DNA from: Nitrospirota bacterium
GTDB lineage: Bacteria > Nitrospirota > UBA9217
Assembly: GCA_963737155.1 (NCBI GenBank)
Contig: CAVTRN010000002.1
Coordinates: 1,472,001-1,536,000, forward strand
Direction: 5' to 3'
Length of the DNA stretch: 64,000 nucleotides
The translations under genes were made by a program, and so were the position numbers. Positions 11,079-20,976 of the stretch are shown here, piece by piece. The notes beneath the pieces were generated by a model, which was not told the DNA's origin, ran no database searches, and saw nothing but the letters and a program-made list of their open reading frames with translations. Position 1 is the stretch's first letter, and each line of letters begins with the position of its first letter.

Positions 11079-11500
11079 CAGGAAAGGGGTAAATGCCGTT
11101 TGTCACCTTCCGTAATGAGAATCTTAAGGTAGCGTTTCATCAGCTCTCGAATTGGCCAAGGCGATGTGTGAGGATATTAACCCTTCTGTTGGTTCCGAAG
11201 AAGAATAATTTTAATGGCAAGCTCCGGAGTCTTTTGACTGCCTTAAGCTTTGCGGAAGCCGACGGCTAGGAGACTGCGCGAGGGGTAATGTCCGCAGGTG
11301 CGGCTGACGGCTAAGACTGATATGGGAAAATGCTGGCAAGCCTCGTGGCAAAATATCGAAAGAAGAGCTTCCAGGTGGGTGTTGAGGAAGCGGATCTTAT
11401 CGCTGTATCGGGAATACCTAGTTTCCTGAAAGAATTTGCCGGGATTGGCAGGGTCGTCCTGAGCCTGGCGTAACCGGTAGTGACAATTTCTAAGTCGGGG
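11079..11500 (+). pseudogene. Decayed duplicate of the 8171-8671 gene
   Basis: Shares tttgtcac.t.ccgt.atgagaatctt, gaattggccaaggcgatgt.tga, aagaagaataat, ggtcgt.ctgagcc with stops and indels. Confidence 0.85.
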
Positions 11501-11677
11501 TCTTCACCGGCCTGTGCCGATAGCGGCCCGACCGATTGCATCCATGACTCTGCAGGACTGAGATGGAACATTTTGAAGGGTGGCATCAGTGCATGTTTGA
11601 GAGAACAGACTATTCAGCGCTGGACATTAAATAGAAATCGGCATTACTCTAAAACCAAGAGAAAAGGAGTAAACATA

Positions 11678-12607
11678 ATGTATCTTTATTTACCGGTAGC
11701 ACTGACAAGCATGAATATCTTAATTCCTGTCGGACTTGGTTTGGCGGTGGGGCTTTTATCCGGTCTCTTTGGAGTCGGAGGGGGATTTCTTCTGACGCCG
11801 CTTCTTATCATGTTCGGAATCCCGTCGACCGTTGCCGCAGCAACAGATTCTAACCAAATCGTCGCCGCCTCCACATCAGGTACCTACGCTCACTGGAAGG
11901 TTGGCAATGTGGACTTTAAAATGGGGATTTACCTTCTGGTCGGCGGGTTCGTAGGTGGCATCGTAGGCGTCCAGGCAATCAAGGTCCTGCACGCCATGGG
12001 CAACGCCGATTTCGTGATAAAGATGACCTATGTGCTAATGCTCGGGATTGTCGGCTCCTATATGTTCGTTGAAAGCCTTCAAAGCATGCACAAGAAAAAA
12101 GGCGCGGTAGTTGATAAGGTCAAAACAAGTGAAAAGGAATCGACAGTTGGAAAGTTCATGAAATCTCTGCCGCTTCAGACCCGATTCGAGAAGTCGGGAG
12201 TAACCCACTCAGCCTTGGTGCCGGTGGTGCTCGGTGCATTTGTTGGCGTCCTGGCCGCGATCATGGGGGTGGGCGGTGGTTTCCTGATGGTGCCGGTGAT
12301 GGTGTACATGCTCAGAATGCCGATGCACGTGGTGGTCGGAACTAGTCTGTTCCAGATCCTCTTTACCTGCATCGAGGTTACCTTTCTTCAGGCTTACACG
12401 AACCATAGCGTCGATTTCATGCTGGCAGTGCTCCTTCTAGTAGGTTCGACCCTCGGGGCACAGGTCGGCACCGTGTTGGGGAAAAAGCTGAAAGGCGAAC
12501 AGCTAAAGATTCTGCTCGCCTGTATTGTGCTTGTTGTGACCGTTAAGATCATTTTCGAATTGACGCTGACTCCATCATTATTGCTTTCACAAGTAGGAGG
12601 GCACTAA
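11678..12607 (+). CDS. Sulfite exporter TauE/SafE (TSUP) family protein
   Basis: Two GVGGGFL repeats, highly hydrophobic; RBS AAAGGAG before ATG 11678. Confidence 0.93.
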   Translation: MYLYLPVALTSMNILIPVGLGLAVGLLSGLFGVGGGFLLTPLLIMFGIPSTVAAATDSNQIVAASTSGTYAHWKVGNVDFKMGIYLLVGGFVGGIVGVQAIKVLHAMGNADFVIKMTYVLMLGIVGSYMFVESLQSMHKKKGAVVDKVKTSEKESTVGKFMKSLPLQTRFEKSGVTHSALVPVVLGAFVGVLAAIMGVGGGFLMVPVMVYMLRMPMHVVVGTSLFQILFTCIEVTFLQAYTNHSVDFMLAVLLLVGSTLGAQVGTVLGKKLKGEQLKILLACIVLVVTVKIIFELTLTPSLLLSQVGGH

Positions 12608-12609
12608 TC

Positions 12610-13443
12610 ATGTACCTCCACTTCTTAAGTCCCCTGATCCATTCTCTGAGATTTATCTGCAATGCCAGATTGTTCGGATTCATATCTCTGGCGCTGGTTT
12701 TTTCCGTGCTGCAACTTGCAGACGCCACACCCGCTTCGGCCATGCTCACGGCAACGGCGAATCATGATCACATCAAGATAGATTTCCTTTATCACGGTAG
12801 CAATGTAAGCATAAAGGGCGAATCAGACTCCGGTGTGGATCTGGTCATTAAGATAACCTCACCCGAGGGAGAGCAGACGCTGAAAAAGAAGGGCAAGGTC
12901 GGCGGTATACTCTGGATGAATGTCGGCAAGCTAACATTCGAGAAAACTCCAAATTTCTACGAAGTTTTCAGCACAAAAAATATCGAAGACATCCTGAGCA
13001 ATGAGGAAATGGAAAAATACGTGATCGGATATCCTGCGCTGCAAAAACATATTGAGATAAAACCGGTCGCAAATAACGTGGAGAAGGCCACCTGGTTTAA
13101 CGAGTTCGTTAAATTTAAGGAAAACTCCAAAGTATACGCTACGTCTTCTGGCAAGATAACGACGAAATCGGCCAATGGACGGCAGGAATACTATATTGAT
13201 ACCGACTGGCCTTACCAGGCCGAGCCCGACGATTATCTGATCACGGTCTATGCCGTGAAGAATAGCAAAGTTGTGGAACAGGCAGAGTCGAAGGTGAAAG
13301 TCGAACAGATCGGAGTAGTCAAGACATTGGCGACGATGGCGAAGAACAATGCAGCCTTGTATGGGTTACTTTCCATCGGCATTGCGCTGGGCGCAGGTTT
13401 CGGTGTTGGTCTGGTGTTCGGAAAGGGCGGAGGTTCTCATTGA
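12610..13443 (+). CDS. TIGR02186-family membrane protein (usual TauE partner)
   Basis: Signal-like N-terminus, IKIDFLYHG and KKGKVGGILWMN motifs, C-terminal TM; directly after TauE. Confidence 0.82.
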   Translation: MYLHFLSPLIHSLRFICNARLFGFISLALVFSVLQLADATPASAMLTATANHDHIKIDFLYHGSNVSIKGESDSGVDLVIKITSPEGEQTLKKKGKVGGILWMNVGKLTFEKTPNFYEVFSTKNIEDILSNEEMEKYVIGYPALQKHIEIKPVANNVEKATWFNEFVKFKENSKVYATSSGKITTKSANGRQEYYIDTDWPYQAEPDDYLITVYAVKNSKVVEQAESKVKVEQIGVVKTLATMAKNNAALYGLLSIGIALGAGFGVGLVFGKGGGSH

Positions 13444-14306
13444 TGTATAACTCAATCGTTGTAGGGTTCGACGAGTCTGAGTCAAGCAAAGCGGCGCTGA
13501 AAGAGGCTTCACTCAGAGTGAAAAATCATGGAGGAAAACTCTTCTTGGTTCATGCGGTCTATTTCGACAAGGAAGAGTTCACGACTCTCCCATCTCAAAT
13601 GGAAAAGCGTTTTGAGATCGGCACAAAGGTCTGCCTTGATGCGAGACAGAATCTCCATGATGATTTTGGACTGGACAGTAGAGTCGAGTCGGTCATCTGC
13701 GAGGGAGAACCGTCCGATGTAATCGTGGAAATTGCCCAGGGGAAAAAGGCTGAGCTTATTGCACTCGGTACCTACGGCAGGAAGGGGCTGAAAAGGCTGC
13801 TCATGGGCAGTGTGACGTCGCGGGTCATCCTGAACGCACCCTGCGATGTGCTGGTGGTCAAGAAAACCTGCCCCCAGTGCAGCGGCAGCTACCACTCCCT
13901 GCTAGTTGCTTTTGACGGATCTGAATCTAGCAAGAAAGCGCTGACAAAGGCTTGCGACCTTGCAAAAGTTGACGGCGCGGATGTATCGGTCCAATATGTC
14001 ATCCCCCGCTACGAGGAGATGATGGATTTCTTCAAGACCGAGTCGGTCAAAAAGAGCCTCTTCGAGGAAGCAGAAAAAATCGTAGATGGAGCGAAAAAGA
14101 TCTCGGCGGGCCTGGGGGTTTCAATCAAGACCGTAGTTCAAGAAGGCCACGCTGCTGAAAAGATTGTGGAGTTTGCCGATACAATGAAGCACGACTTGAT
14201 CGTCGTGGGCACCCATGGTTGGCGCGGCGTTAACAAGGCGCTCATGGGGAGCACGGCGGAACGGGTCATTGCTCATGCTTCATGTCCCATACTGATCACG
14301 AGGTGA
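13443..14306 (+). CDS. Universal stress protein (tandem USP domains)
   Basis: Two USP repeats: IVVGFDES...LIALGTYGRKG...GSVT and LLVAFDGS...IVVGTHG...GSTAE. Confidence 0.95.
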   Translation: MYNSIVVGFDESESSKAALKEASLRVKNHGGKLFLVHAVYFDKEEFTTLPSQMEKRFEIGTKVCLDARQNLHDDFGLDSRVESVICEGEPSDVIVEIAQGKKAELIALGTYGRKGLKRLLMGSVTSRVILNAPCDVLVVKKTCPQCSGSYHSLLVAFDGSESSKKALTKACDLAKVDGADVSVQYVIPRYEEMMDFFKTESVKKSLFEEAEKIVDGAKKISAGLGVSIKTVVQEGHAAEKIVEFADTMKHDLIVVGTHGWRGVNKALMGSTAERVIAHASCPILITR

Positions 14307-14311
14307 TTGAG

Positions 14312-14700
14312 TATGAAGGGTTATAGAAAGGCCCTTTATCGCATTAACCGGCTCGCAGGAGGTTCTGAAACAGGGTATCACGCTTGTCTAGGATGGGAAA
14401 ACGCGAATAACCGTCGTAAAGGTGGTCCGGACCCTTATGAAGGGGACCTGAAGGGAATCAAGAACCTGCACGACGTCCTGGATGACAACGGAGCGCGGGT
14501 CCCTTCCGACGTCACAAGCCGAAGGGTGCTCATCAAAACGCGATTTGAGCAGGAAGTGTCGGGAAGAATTGCCGGGATCTTGGAGTAGGGAAAATGCAAT
14601 CTCCTCACTATGGGGTTTAAGATGAAAACATGCATACTGAGTAGGCTCTTCGTCGATCAGATCGTCGAAAAAATCATTGACCCCGCGCCGTGTCTGGTTT
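14312..14700 (+). pseudogene. Decayed second USP-like gene
   Basis: Fragments MKGYRKA, PYEGDL, LIKTRFE and a CNLLTMG-like piece across frames; no intact ORF. Confidence 0.55.
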
Positions 14701-14792
14701 ATGTTATTGTATGGAGGGGCGACGCGCCATCTCCTGTTCGGCGTGCGAACAAAACAGGATATTAAACAATATGCTGATAAAGGGTGCACGTT

Positions 14793-14981
14793 ATGTTTGA
14801 AAGATTGTTGCAGCCAATGCAACTGATTCTTATCCTGTTGATCGTCCTGATCATTTTCGGTCCAGGGAAGCTCCACGAACTCGGCGCAGGACTGGGAAAA
14901 AGTGTTAGAGAATTCAAGAATGCCATGAAAGAAGGTCAGGAGACAGCGGTGATCGAAAATAAAGAAGAGAAGAAAGTCTGA
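14793..14981 (+). CDS. tatA: Twin-arginine translocase TatA/TatE subunit
   Basis: TM helix then IIFGPGKLHELGAGLGKSVREFK amphipathic helix. Confidence 0.92.
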   Translation: MFERLLQPMQLILILLIVLIIFGPGKLHELGAGLGKSVREFKNAMKEGQETAVIENKEEKKV

Positions 14982-15211
14982 TCTGCGCAGTGTGAATGCT
15001 TTAAAAAGCAGTGGATAACGATAGTGGGTTCCCTAAGGAGAATCAATCAACAAGAGAGTTCTGGGGAATTGTTCCGACTGATCCAGATCGTTATCGTTCG
15101 CCCGGCGCTTTTCTCGGGAGGTGCGAAATGCACCATCCCATTTCTTAAGACGCATATATGCGTGCTTGTTAAAAACCGTATTCCACTGATCACAGCACAT
15201 GGTGAAAATTT

Positions 15212-16855
15212 ATGATAAAGAAAAAATTCGGAAGAATTCTGAGACTCAAGATTTTTTCTGAGGACGAACTGGAGAAGTTTGCTGGGGAATCAAAGGCGTC
15301 CGGGGTGCCGCTGGAAGAACTTCTGATCAGCAAGGGCATAAGTAAGCACGAAATTCTGTTCTGTCTATCTGAATTCTATGGACTGCCATTCGTGGAATAC
15401 GCTGAAAGCGTTGTCGCTTCCTATTTCCTGGTTCTGCGGCTTGATCTGGAGCATCTCAAAAAGAACCTATGGTTTCCGCTTTCGGTTCGGGAAAAACAGG
15501 CCGAGGTAATTGCCTATCGTCCTGACGACCCTCGCGTGGAGGAGGAGATCAAGAAAACCCTGGGGGTAGAGCAGGTCAATTTCAGGGTCGCGCTTCCCTC
15601 AGACATCATCCGCATTATAGAGCACAATTTCGATGTAAATCCCTATTTCTGTATTTCCGGCGGTAGAACGCCGCTTGCGCGGGTGAGGACACTGTTCGCC
15701 TACCGGCGGTCCACGTATGCTCATTACCGCACTTTGTTCGCCAAAGGGAGGACTGGTCTCGCTTTTATCAGGACCGGTGTCTCCTTTATCGTAATTGCGC
15801 TTCTATTCATGCGCGTGCTGGGGTTTGGTTTTTACGCCATTCTTGAAACGCCGCTCATGATCGCTGGTCTCATTATGGTTTTCGATGGGACCAAATGGTA
15901 CCTTCCCGCACGGCGGATCGCCGATAAACCAATTGACGCGACATGTACAGAGGCGACCTGGGGTACCCGCGTGTTGAATGCCGAGTTAAACGATGGACCT
16001 CCCAAGTTCAGCCGGACAGAAAAAGTGAAGGGCTCGGCGGAGCTGAGGGCCGATTGGGAAAACCTGTCGCCCGTCATGAGACGCAGGTTCCTTGCAAGCG
16101 ACCGGACTGATATGGCCGAGGAGCGGACCTCACTTGCTGGCCACCGGACAAAACTCGCTAGGGCACGTACCGGCCTCGCTTTTACACGCACCGGTATCGC
16201 TTTCACCGGTCTCGGCATTGGGTTGATGAGGCAGTTTCAAGAAAGCCGATGGACGATCTTGGACGTCGTGCTTATCGTCATCGGAGTGCTCATGTCCGCG
16301 GAGGGATTCCATTGGTACTTCGGTGGCAGAAAGGCCGGAATCGAGGGATTGCGAACTGTGCTCGAAGTGCTGAACAAGGAAACCATCTGGGATTTGGTGT
16401 TTCCTCCAGGGCACAAACGATCTGGGCCCAAAAAGGACAAGGCCGGTCCGGCGGTCACCGCTGACCAGAAACCAGGCATCTGGGCAACAACAGGTCTTGC
16501 TCTCGAACGTACGGTGCTTGCCGACCGGCGGGGCGTTATGGCGAGGCTCCGCACGGTCATGGCGGTGTCGCGGACGGGTTTCTCCTATGTCCGAACCGGT
16601 ATGAGTATAACATCCGTGGGCGCCGGCCTCATGGCATATTTCGGCACAGCCTCCATCGGCTGGACGGTTTTCAACGTACTGCTGATCATCGGCGGTCTCC
16701 TCCTGATTGCGGACGGATATCGTTGGGTCCTACCGGCGGAACGTATGAGAAAAGAATATCCCTATTGTTACGGAGATATGGAAATAACCATTCCCGATTA
16801 TGGGAAACCAGCTGTCGAATGGGGGACGGTTATTTTTAATAACTATGAAGAGTGA
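15212..16855 (+). CDS. GspE/PilB N-terminal (MshEN-like) domain fused to three DUF202-like membrane repeats
   Basis: N-term LEELLISKGISKHEILFCLSEFYGLPFVEY; three RTxLAxxRT...RTGLAFxRTG repeats each followed by two TM helices; no ATPase motifs. Confidence 0.75.
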   Translation: MIKKKFGRILRLKIFSEDELEKFAGESKASGVPLEELLISKGISKHEILFCLSEFYGLPFVEYAESVVASYFLVLRLDLEHLKKNLWFPLSVREKQAEVIAYRPDDPRVEEEIKKTLGVEQVNFRVALPSDIIRIIEHNFDVNPYFCISGGRTPLARVRTLFAYRRSTYAHYRTLFAKGRTGLAFIRTGVSFIVIALLFMRVLGFGFYAILETPLMIAGLIMVFDGTKWYLPARRIADKPIDATCTEATWGTRVLNAELNDGPPKFSRTEKVKGSAELRADWENLSPVMRRRFLASDRTDMAEERTSLAGHRTKLARARTGLAFTRTGIAFTGLGIGLMRQFQESRWTILDVVLIVIGVLMSAEGFHWYFGGRKAGIEGLRTVLEVLNKETIWDLVFPPGHKRSGPKKDKAGPAVTADQKPGIWATTGLALERTVLADRRGVMARLRTVMAVSRTGFSYVRTGMSITSVGAGLMAYFGTASIGWTVFNVLLIIGGLLLIADGYRWVLPAERMRKEYPYCYGDMEITIPDYGKPAVEWGTVIFNNYEE

Positions 16856-18086
16856 GTTGATGAACGGCGATCTCGCGGATGATGTGGTGCGGCAGAGTTC
16901 GGAATTTTCGATCCTGGTAGAACGGGGGATTCTGAGCCAAGCGGAACTTGAGGAGGCGATAAGCACGGCTCAGGCTCGCGGGATCGAACTCGAAAAAGTC
17001 CTGCTCAGTGAATTCAGCGTGGCGAAACGGCATCTGCTTGATGCGCTGGCCGCATACTATCGCTGTGATTCCATCGAATACGATGAGCGTCTGCCGATTC
17101 CACCTGAGCTTCTGGCTATGCTCGACCAGGATTCACCTTCTTCATACCAATGGATGCCAGTGATGAAAGACAAATCAGGAACCGTGGTCATTGCAGCGAG
17201 AAATCCCGAAAGTCCCGAGATGCGTGAGGAGGTCAGAAAATATGTGATAGCGGACCGTTACGAATTCCGGGTCTCCCTTGATGCCGACATCCAATGGTAT
17301 ATCCAGGATTTCCTCCATGACAAGGTGGGACTTTTGATAGGAACGGAGCGCACCGGGTTGGCCTATTGGCGAAATACCATGGCGCAGTGGCGCACGAGGA
17401 TGGCCTGTTACCGGACGGATCTCGCGAATGCACGAACTGGCTTGGCCTTCCTCCGATGGGGTCTGGGGACAATCGCATTATCGAACGCGCTCCTGAAATC
17501 CAAAAACATTGCATACCATCCTGTTGTCTATTTCTCAGTTCTCACCGTCGGGATCGTTATCGCTTTTTACGGGCTGCCGATCTATTTGAATATTCGGAAA
17601 TCCCGATTGACTCCGCCCGGGCACCAGACGCTGGTGGAGGTAACGGCGACAACGATCCAATTCCTTGAGAATTATCATTTTATCGAGAACACAGGGGGTA
17701 AACAGGAGATGCAGGGGACGATGCTTGCGAGGATGGGTGATTATCTTGCCGATTACAGCACCTATCTAAACCCGACTCCATCCTCCAAGACCCGCACGAT
17801 GTTCGCGCGCGAACGGAACGTTCTGGCCGCCCAGCGGACGATCGCGGCCTGCTACCGGACCATCTATGCCCGCGCACGAACTGGGCTGGCGTTTATCCGG
17901 ACCGGCATTTCCTTTCTGAGTATCGGTATTGGTATCCTGGGGTATTTCGGGTTCGGTTTGCTTACGTCCTTCAACCTCTGGCTTATGGCCGCTGGCATTC
18001 TGATGCTCGTAGACGGAGTGCTCTGGTACTGGCCGGTTCGGAAGGAACAGGGTGAAGCACCGAGGGGCATCGCATATCCGGAATGA
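16845..18086 (+). CDS. GspE/PilB N-terminal (MshEN-like) domain fused to two DUF202-like membrane repeats
   Basis: ILVERGILSQAELEEAI...LLDALAAYYRCDSIEY; two RT-heptad/RTGLAF repeats; start overlaps previous stop. Confidence 0.75.
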   Translation: MKSELMNGDLADDVVRQSSEFSILVERGILSQAELEEAISTAQARGIELEKVLLSEFSVAKRHLLDALAAYYRCDSIEYDERLPIPPELLAMLDQDSPSSYQWMPVMKDKSGTVVIAARNPESPEMREEVRKYVIADRYEFRVSLDADIQWYIQDFLHDKVGLLIGTERTGLAYWRNTMAQWRTRMACYRTDLANARTGLAFLRWGLGTIALSNALLKSKNIAYHPVVYFSVLTVGIVIAFYGLPIYLNIRKSRLTPPGHQTLVEVTATTIQFLENYHFIENTGGKQEMQGTMLARMGDYLADYSTYLNPTPSSKTRTMFARERNVLAAQRTIAACYRTIYARARTGLAFIRTGISFLSIGIGILGYFGFGLLTSFNLWLMAAGILMLVDGVLWYWPVRKEQGEAPRGIAYPE

Positions 18087-18134
18087 GTGCAGTTTAGACT
18101 GCACTGAATTATATAAAAAAAGCAAAGAAGGACG

Positions 18135-18305
18135 ACATAGAATCGGTTACCTTCGATACTCATGCTACTAAAAGATATGAATGTAATGGCTCATGGTTTC
18201 GGATGCTTTAGGTTTGGAGACTGGAATCATTTTACTACTTCGGGCAAATTGGACTCTGAAACCCAAAAGCACTTATCGGAATGTATTCAGGGTGCCTGGC
18301 AATAG
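18135..18305 (+). repeat. Degenerate ~175-bp repeat, copy 2
   Basis: Similar to 8941-9115. Confidence 0.75.
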
Positions 18306-18473
18306 GTATTTTTTTAGCCAATAACTCCGCAACAATTTTATCTCCCCTTGAAAACTAATTAGAAAGCTGATAATTATCCCCTCTATTGCATCCTGAACAA
18401 TTCGCATTCAATAAAGTGGTCGATTTTGTGTTAAAACTTATATGGAAATATATAAAAGATAGAAGGTACAGCA

Positions 18474-18786
18474 ATGAAGCACCGTAGTGCTCTGCCACAA
18501 TATGAGTGGAGGTGCTGATCTAAATCAGCTCAAATAATTCACGACAAACCACAACTTGTTGGTAGCCTGGTGGAGATGACCAATATGTGTGGAAAGCCCA
18601 AATGCAAATACACGAACAGCAAGAAACACAGATCGTAGTGCATTGCGGGACGGCAGGAAAAAAACGAAAAATGATTCATATCCGGCATTGGCTGAAAACG
18701 CTGATTTCCAGGGGCTAAGGGTCTATCAGGAGCCTGGGGAGCAGATGAAAGCCATCAATCAAGCCTTCCGCGTATTCTTCCGATGA
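18474..18786 (+). pseudogene. DUF6788-like transposon accessory gene remnant
   Basis: Reads LVGSLVEMTNMCGKPKCKYTNSKKH (cf. GSLxxxxxxCGKPxCxC..H) with in-frame stops. Confidence 0.55.
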
Positions 18787-18982
18787 AACAAAGCAAGCGG
18801 GTAGACATTCTCCGGAGACTATTTATTACGCCAACAAGGTGTTGAATAGTCTTGGAGATAAATTTATTTTGCTTTTCAAACAAATATGTTAAAATGAGCT
18901 ATCATGAAAGCGATAGGATGCAAATTGCCATTTTGCGAGTAGTCCGATATCCGTCGTCCCTCATTGAGGGGAACTTTCCAGC

Positions 18983-19486
18983 ATGGAGTTGTGGCTCATC
19001 AGAATGAAATGCTCGATAGTACAGATATTGGGATCAGGCATCAGTCAGATCGAAAACAACAAGATTGTAGCCATTGTTCCGAAAGAGGAGATACGACTGA
19101 TCAAACTTTCCCATGATTCACGATCCCGCCACCCCTTTCTGCGGTTTCTCGCAGGGTTTGTCCTGATGGTGACGGGGCTGATCCTGCTCCTAGCGGAGTT
19201 CATTGTCGCAGAAGGCGGTATCGTGTTCCTTCAGATGAAATCGTTTGTCTTCGGTTTTCCCATCGTACCCATCCTTCTCTGGACCATGGTTGGCGTGGGT
19301 GCCTGGCTCTTGATCGGGGTCTTCCGTGGACGATACAATTTTCTAATCAAGACCGATCGGGGCATGCGGAAAATATTCTTCGAGGAGTCGGCCGATATCC
19401 GGGAGATTCGGGAAATCATCACCAGAGCGAAGAATGAGTTCGGGTATGATATCGATGTCACGCTCTTGGATTCCATGCATTTTTAG
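18983..19486 (+). CDS. Hypothetical membrane protein
   Basis: 167-aa ORF with two hydrophobic segments upstream of the kinase gene. Confidence 0.7.
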   Translation: MELWLIRMKCSIVQILGSGISQIENNKIVAIVPKEEIRLIKLSHDSRSRHPFLRFLAGFVLMVTGLILLLAEFIVAEGGIVFLQMKSFVFGFPIVPILLWTMVGVGAWLLIGVFRGRYNFLIKTDRGMRKIFFEESADIREIREIITRAKNEFGYDIDVTLLDSMHF

Positions 19487-19542
19487 AATGTATCGGATAG
19501 GCAGGTCTCCGGCAAGGGAGTTCGACCCGGGTTTATCAACGA

Positions 19543-20976
19543 ATGAAAATCGAAAACAAACTGTTCATTTCGAACATCATCAACGGGGCATTCATAATAC
19601 TGATCGGTCTGTTTGCGTTTCAGAACATGAATCTCGTTCTAACGAAACTCAGATTTGTGGAAATCGCCGACGACCTGAATGCATCGTTTCTGACCATGCG
19701 GCTCTCGGAAAAAAACTATTTTCTCTACCACGACCGTAAAGCGCTGTCGGAGATACGCGAGAAGATCTCAACGACCTTGGAAACCATCAGCAGTGTACGA
19801 GAGGATATTTTTCGAGCAATAGGCGAAACTGACCTCAATAACTTGGTGACACGTCTGACGGTCTACTCAACGGTTGTCGAACAAACACGAAAGGAGAATA
19901 ACTGGGATCCGCGTATGGAGGCGCGTCTCAGGGAGGAGGGGAAAAAGTTAAGGGAATTCTCCGATTCCATCACGCACCTCGAGCGCAGACGCGTAAACGA
20001 CATCATCCTGAGTTCGAAACGGATTCTGCTATATTCCTTCTGGGCCATACTGGCATTGGCGCTTTTTATAAGCCGTTTTATTTCGGAGAAAATTGTCCGC
20101 TCTCTCCGCGCAATTGAAAAGATGACCAAATCCATATCGGAAGGGAATTTTCATCGGATAGGAGGGCACCGGACGAGGGACGAACTTGACTCGGTCATAA
20201 CGGCAATCAACTCCATGTCCGAGGAGCTTGCGCACCGCGAGGAACAGATTATACAGTCCAAGAAACTTGCCTCGCTCGGCATACTGACAGCGGGCGTGGC
20301 CCATGAAATCACGAACCCGCTGAACAACATCTCCATGATTGCACAAACCTTTGATGAACTGTACGCGCAATTGAACGAGAAGGACCGCCGCGAATTCATG
20401 AGCAAGGTGGACGCGGAAACGGAACGCATCAGAAAGATCGTGAAGAACCTACTAGATTTTTCTAAACCCAAGGATTCGATTCTGAAAGAAGCGGATATCA
20501 ACAAGGTGATCCAGAAGGCCCTTACGCTGGTTCAGAACATGATCGACGTGCAGAATATCAGTACAACAGTGACGCTTGGAGACGGCATTCCCCATCTCTA
20601 TATCGACGAGGACCAGATCCAGCAGGTGCTAGTGAATCTCGTGACGAATGCGATCCAGGCTATGTCGTCAGGCGAAAGGCTGTTTATCGCATCGAGGCTC
20701 GGCAAAGACCGGGATTCAGTCGAGATTTCGGTGATGGACACGGGCAAAGGCATAACTCCTGAGTTTCTTCCCCATATTTTCGATCCTTTTTTCAGCACCA
20801 AGGGCGAGGGGGGAACCGGTCTGGGACTTTCAGTTAGTTATGGTATTATTAAACATCACAAGGGCGAAATCAGGGTAGAAAGCAAAGTGGGGGTCGGCAC
20901 GACCTTTACTATAGAATTGCCGAGCTATCATCCAGAGGAGAATAATGATGGACAAACACAGAATCATGATCATTGA
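19543..20976 (+). CDS. HAMP sensor histidine kinase
   Basis: TMs, HAMP (RDELDSVITAINSM), H-box AHEITNPL, GGTGLGL; shares EKNYFLY sensor motif with the 3741 kinase. Confidence 0.95.
   Translation: MKIENKLFISNIINGAFIILIGLFAFQNMNLVLTKLRFVEIADDLNASFLTMRLSEKNYFLYHDRKALSEIREKISTTLETISSVREDIFRAIGETDLNNLVTRLTVYSTVVEQTRKENNWDPRMEARLREEGKKLREFSDSITHLERRRVNDIILSSKRILLYSFWAILALALFISRFISEKIVRSLRAIEKMTKSISEGNFHRIGGHRTRDELDSVITAINSMSEELAHREEQIIQSKKLASLGILTAGVAHEITNPLNNISMIAQTFDELYAQLNEKDRREFMSKVDAETERIRKIVKNLLDFSKPKDSILKEADINKVIQKALTLVQNMIDVQNISTTVTLGDGIPHLYIDEDQIQQVLVNLVTNAIQAMSSGERLFIASRLGKDRDSVEISVMDTGKGITPEFLPHIFDPFFSTKGEGGTGLGLSVSYGIIKHHKGEIRVESKVGVGTTFTIELPSYHPEENNDGQTQNHDH

Noticed and set aside
11480-11677. 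N-terminal extension of TauE in the ORF track (likewise 5536, 8114, 26511, 30354, 52343, 59646)
   Set aside because: Downstream ATGs fit RBS positions and/or family starts better
15212-18086. Type II secretion / type IV pilus ATPase genes
   Set aside because: No Walker A/B motifs and no other secretion genes; only the N-terminal domain is shared
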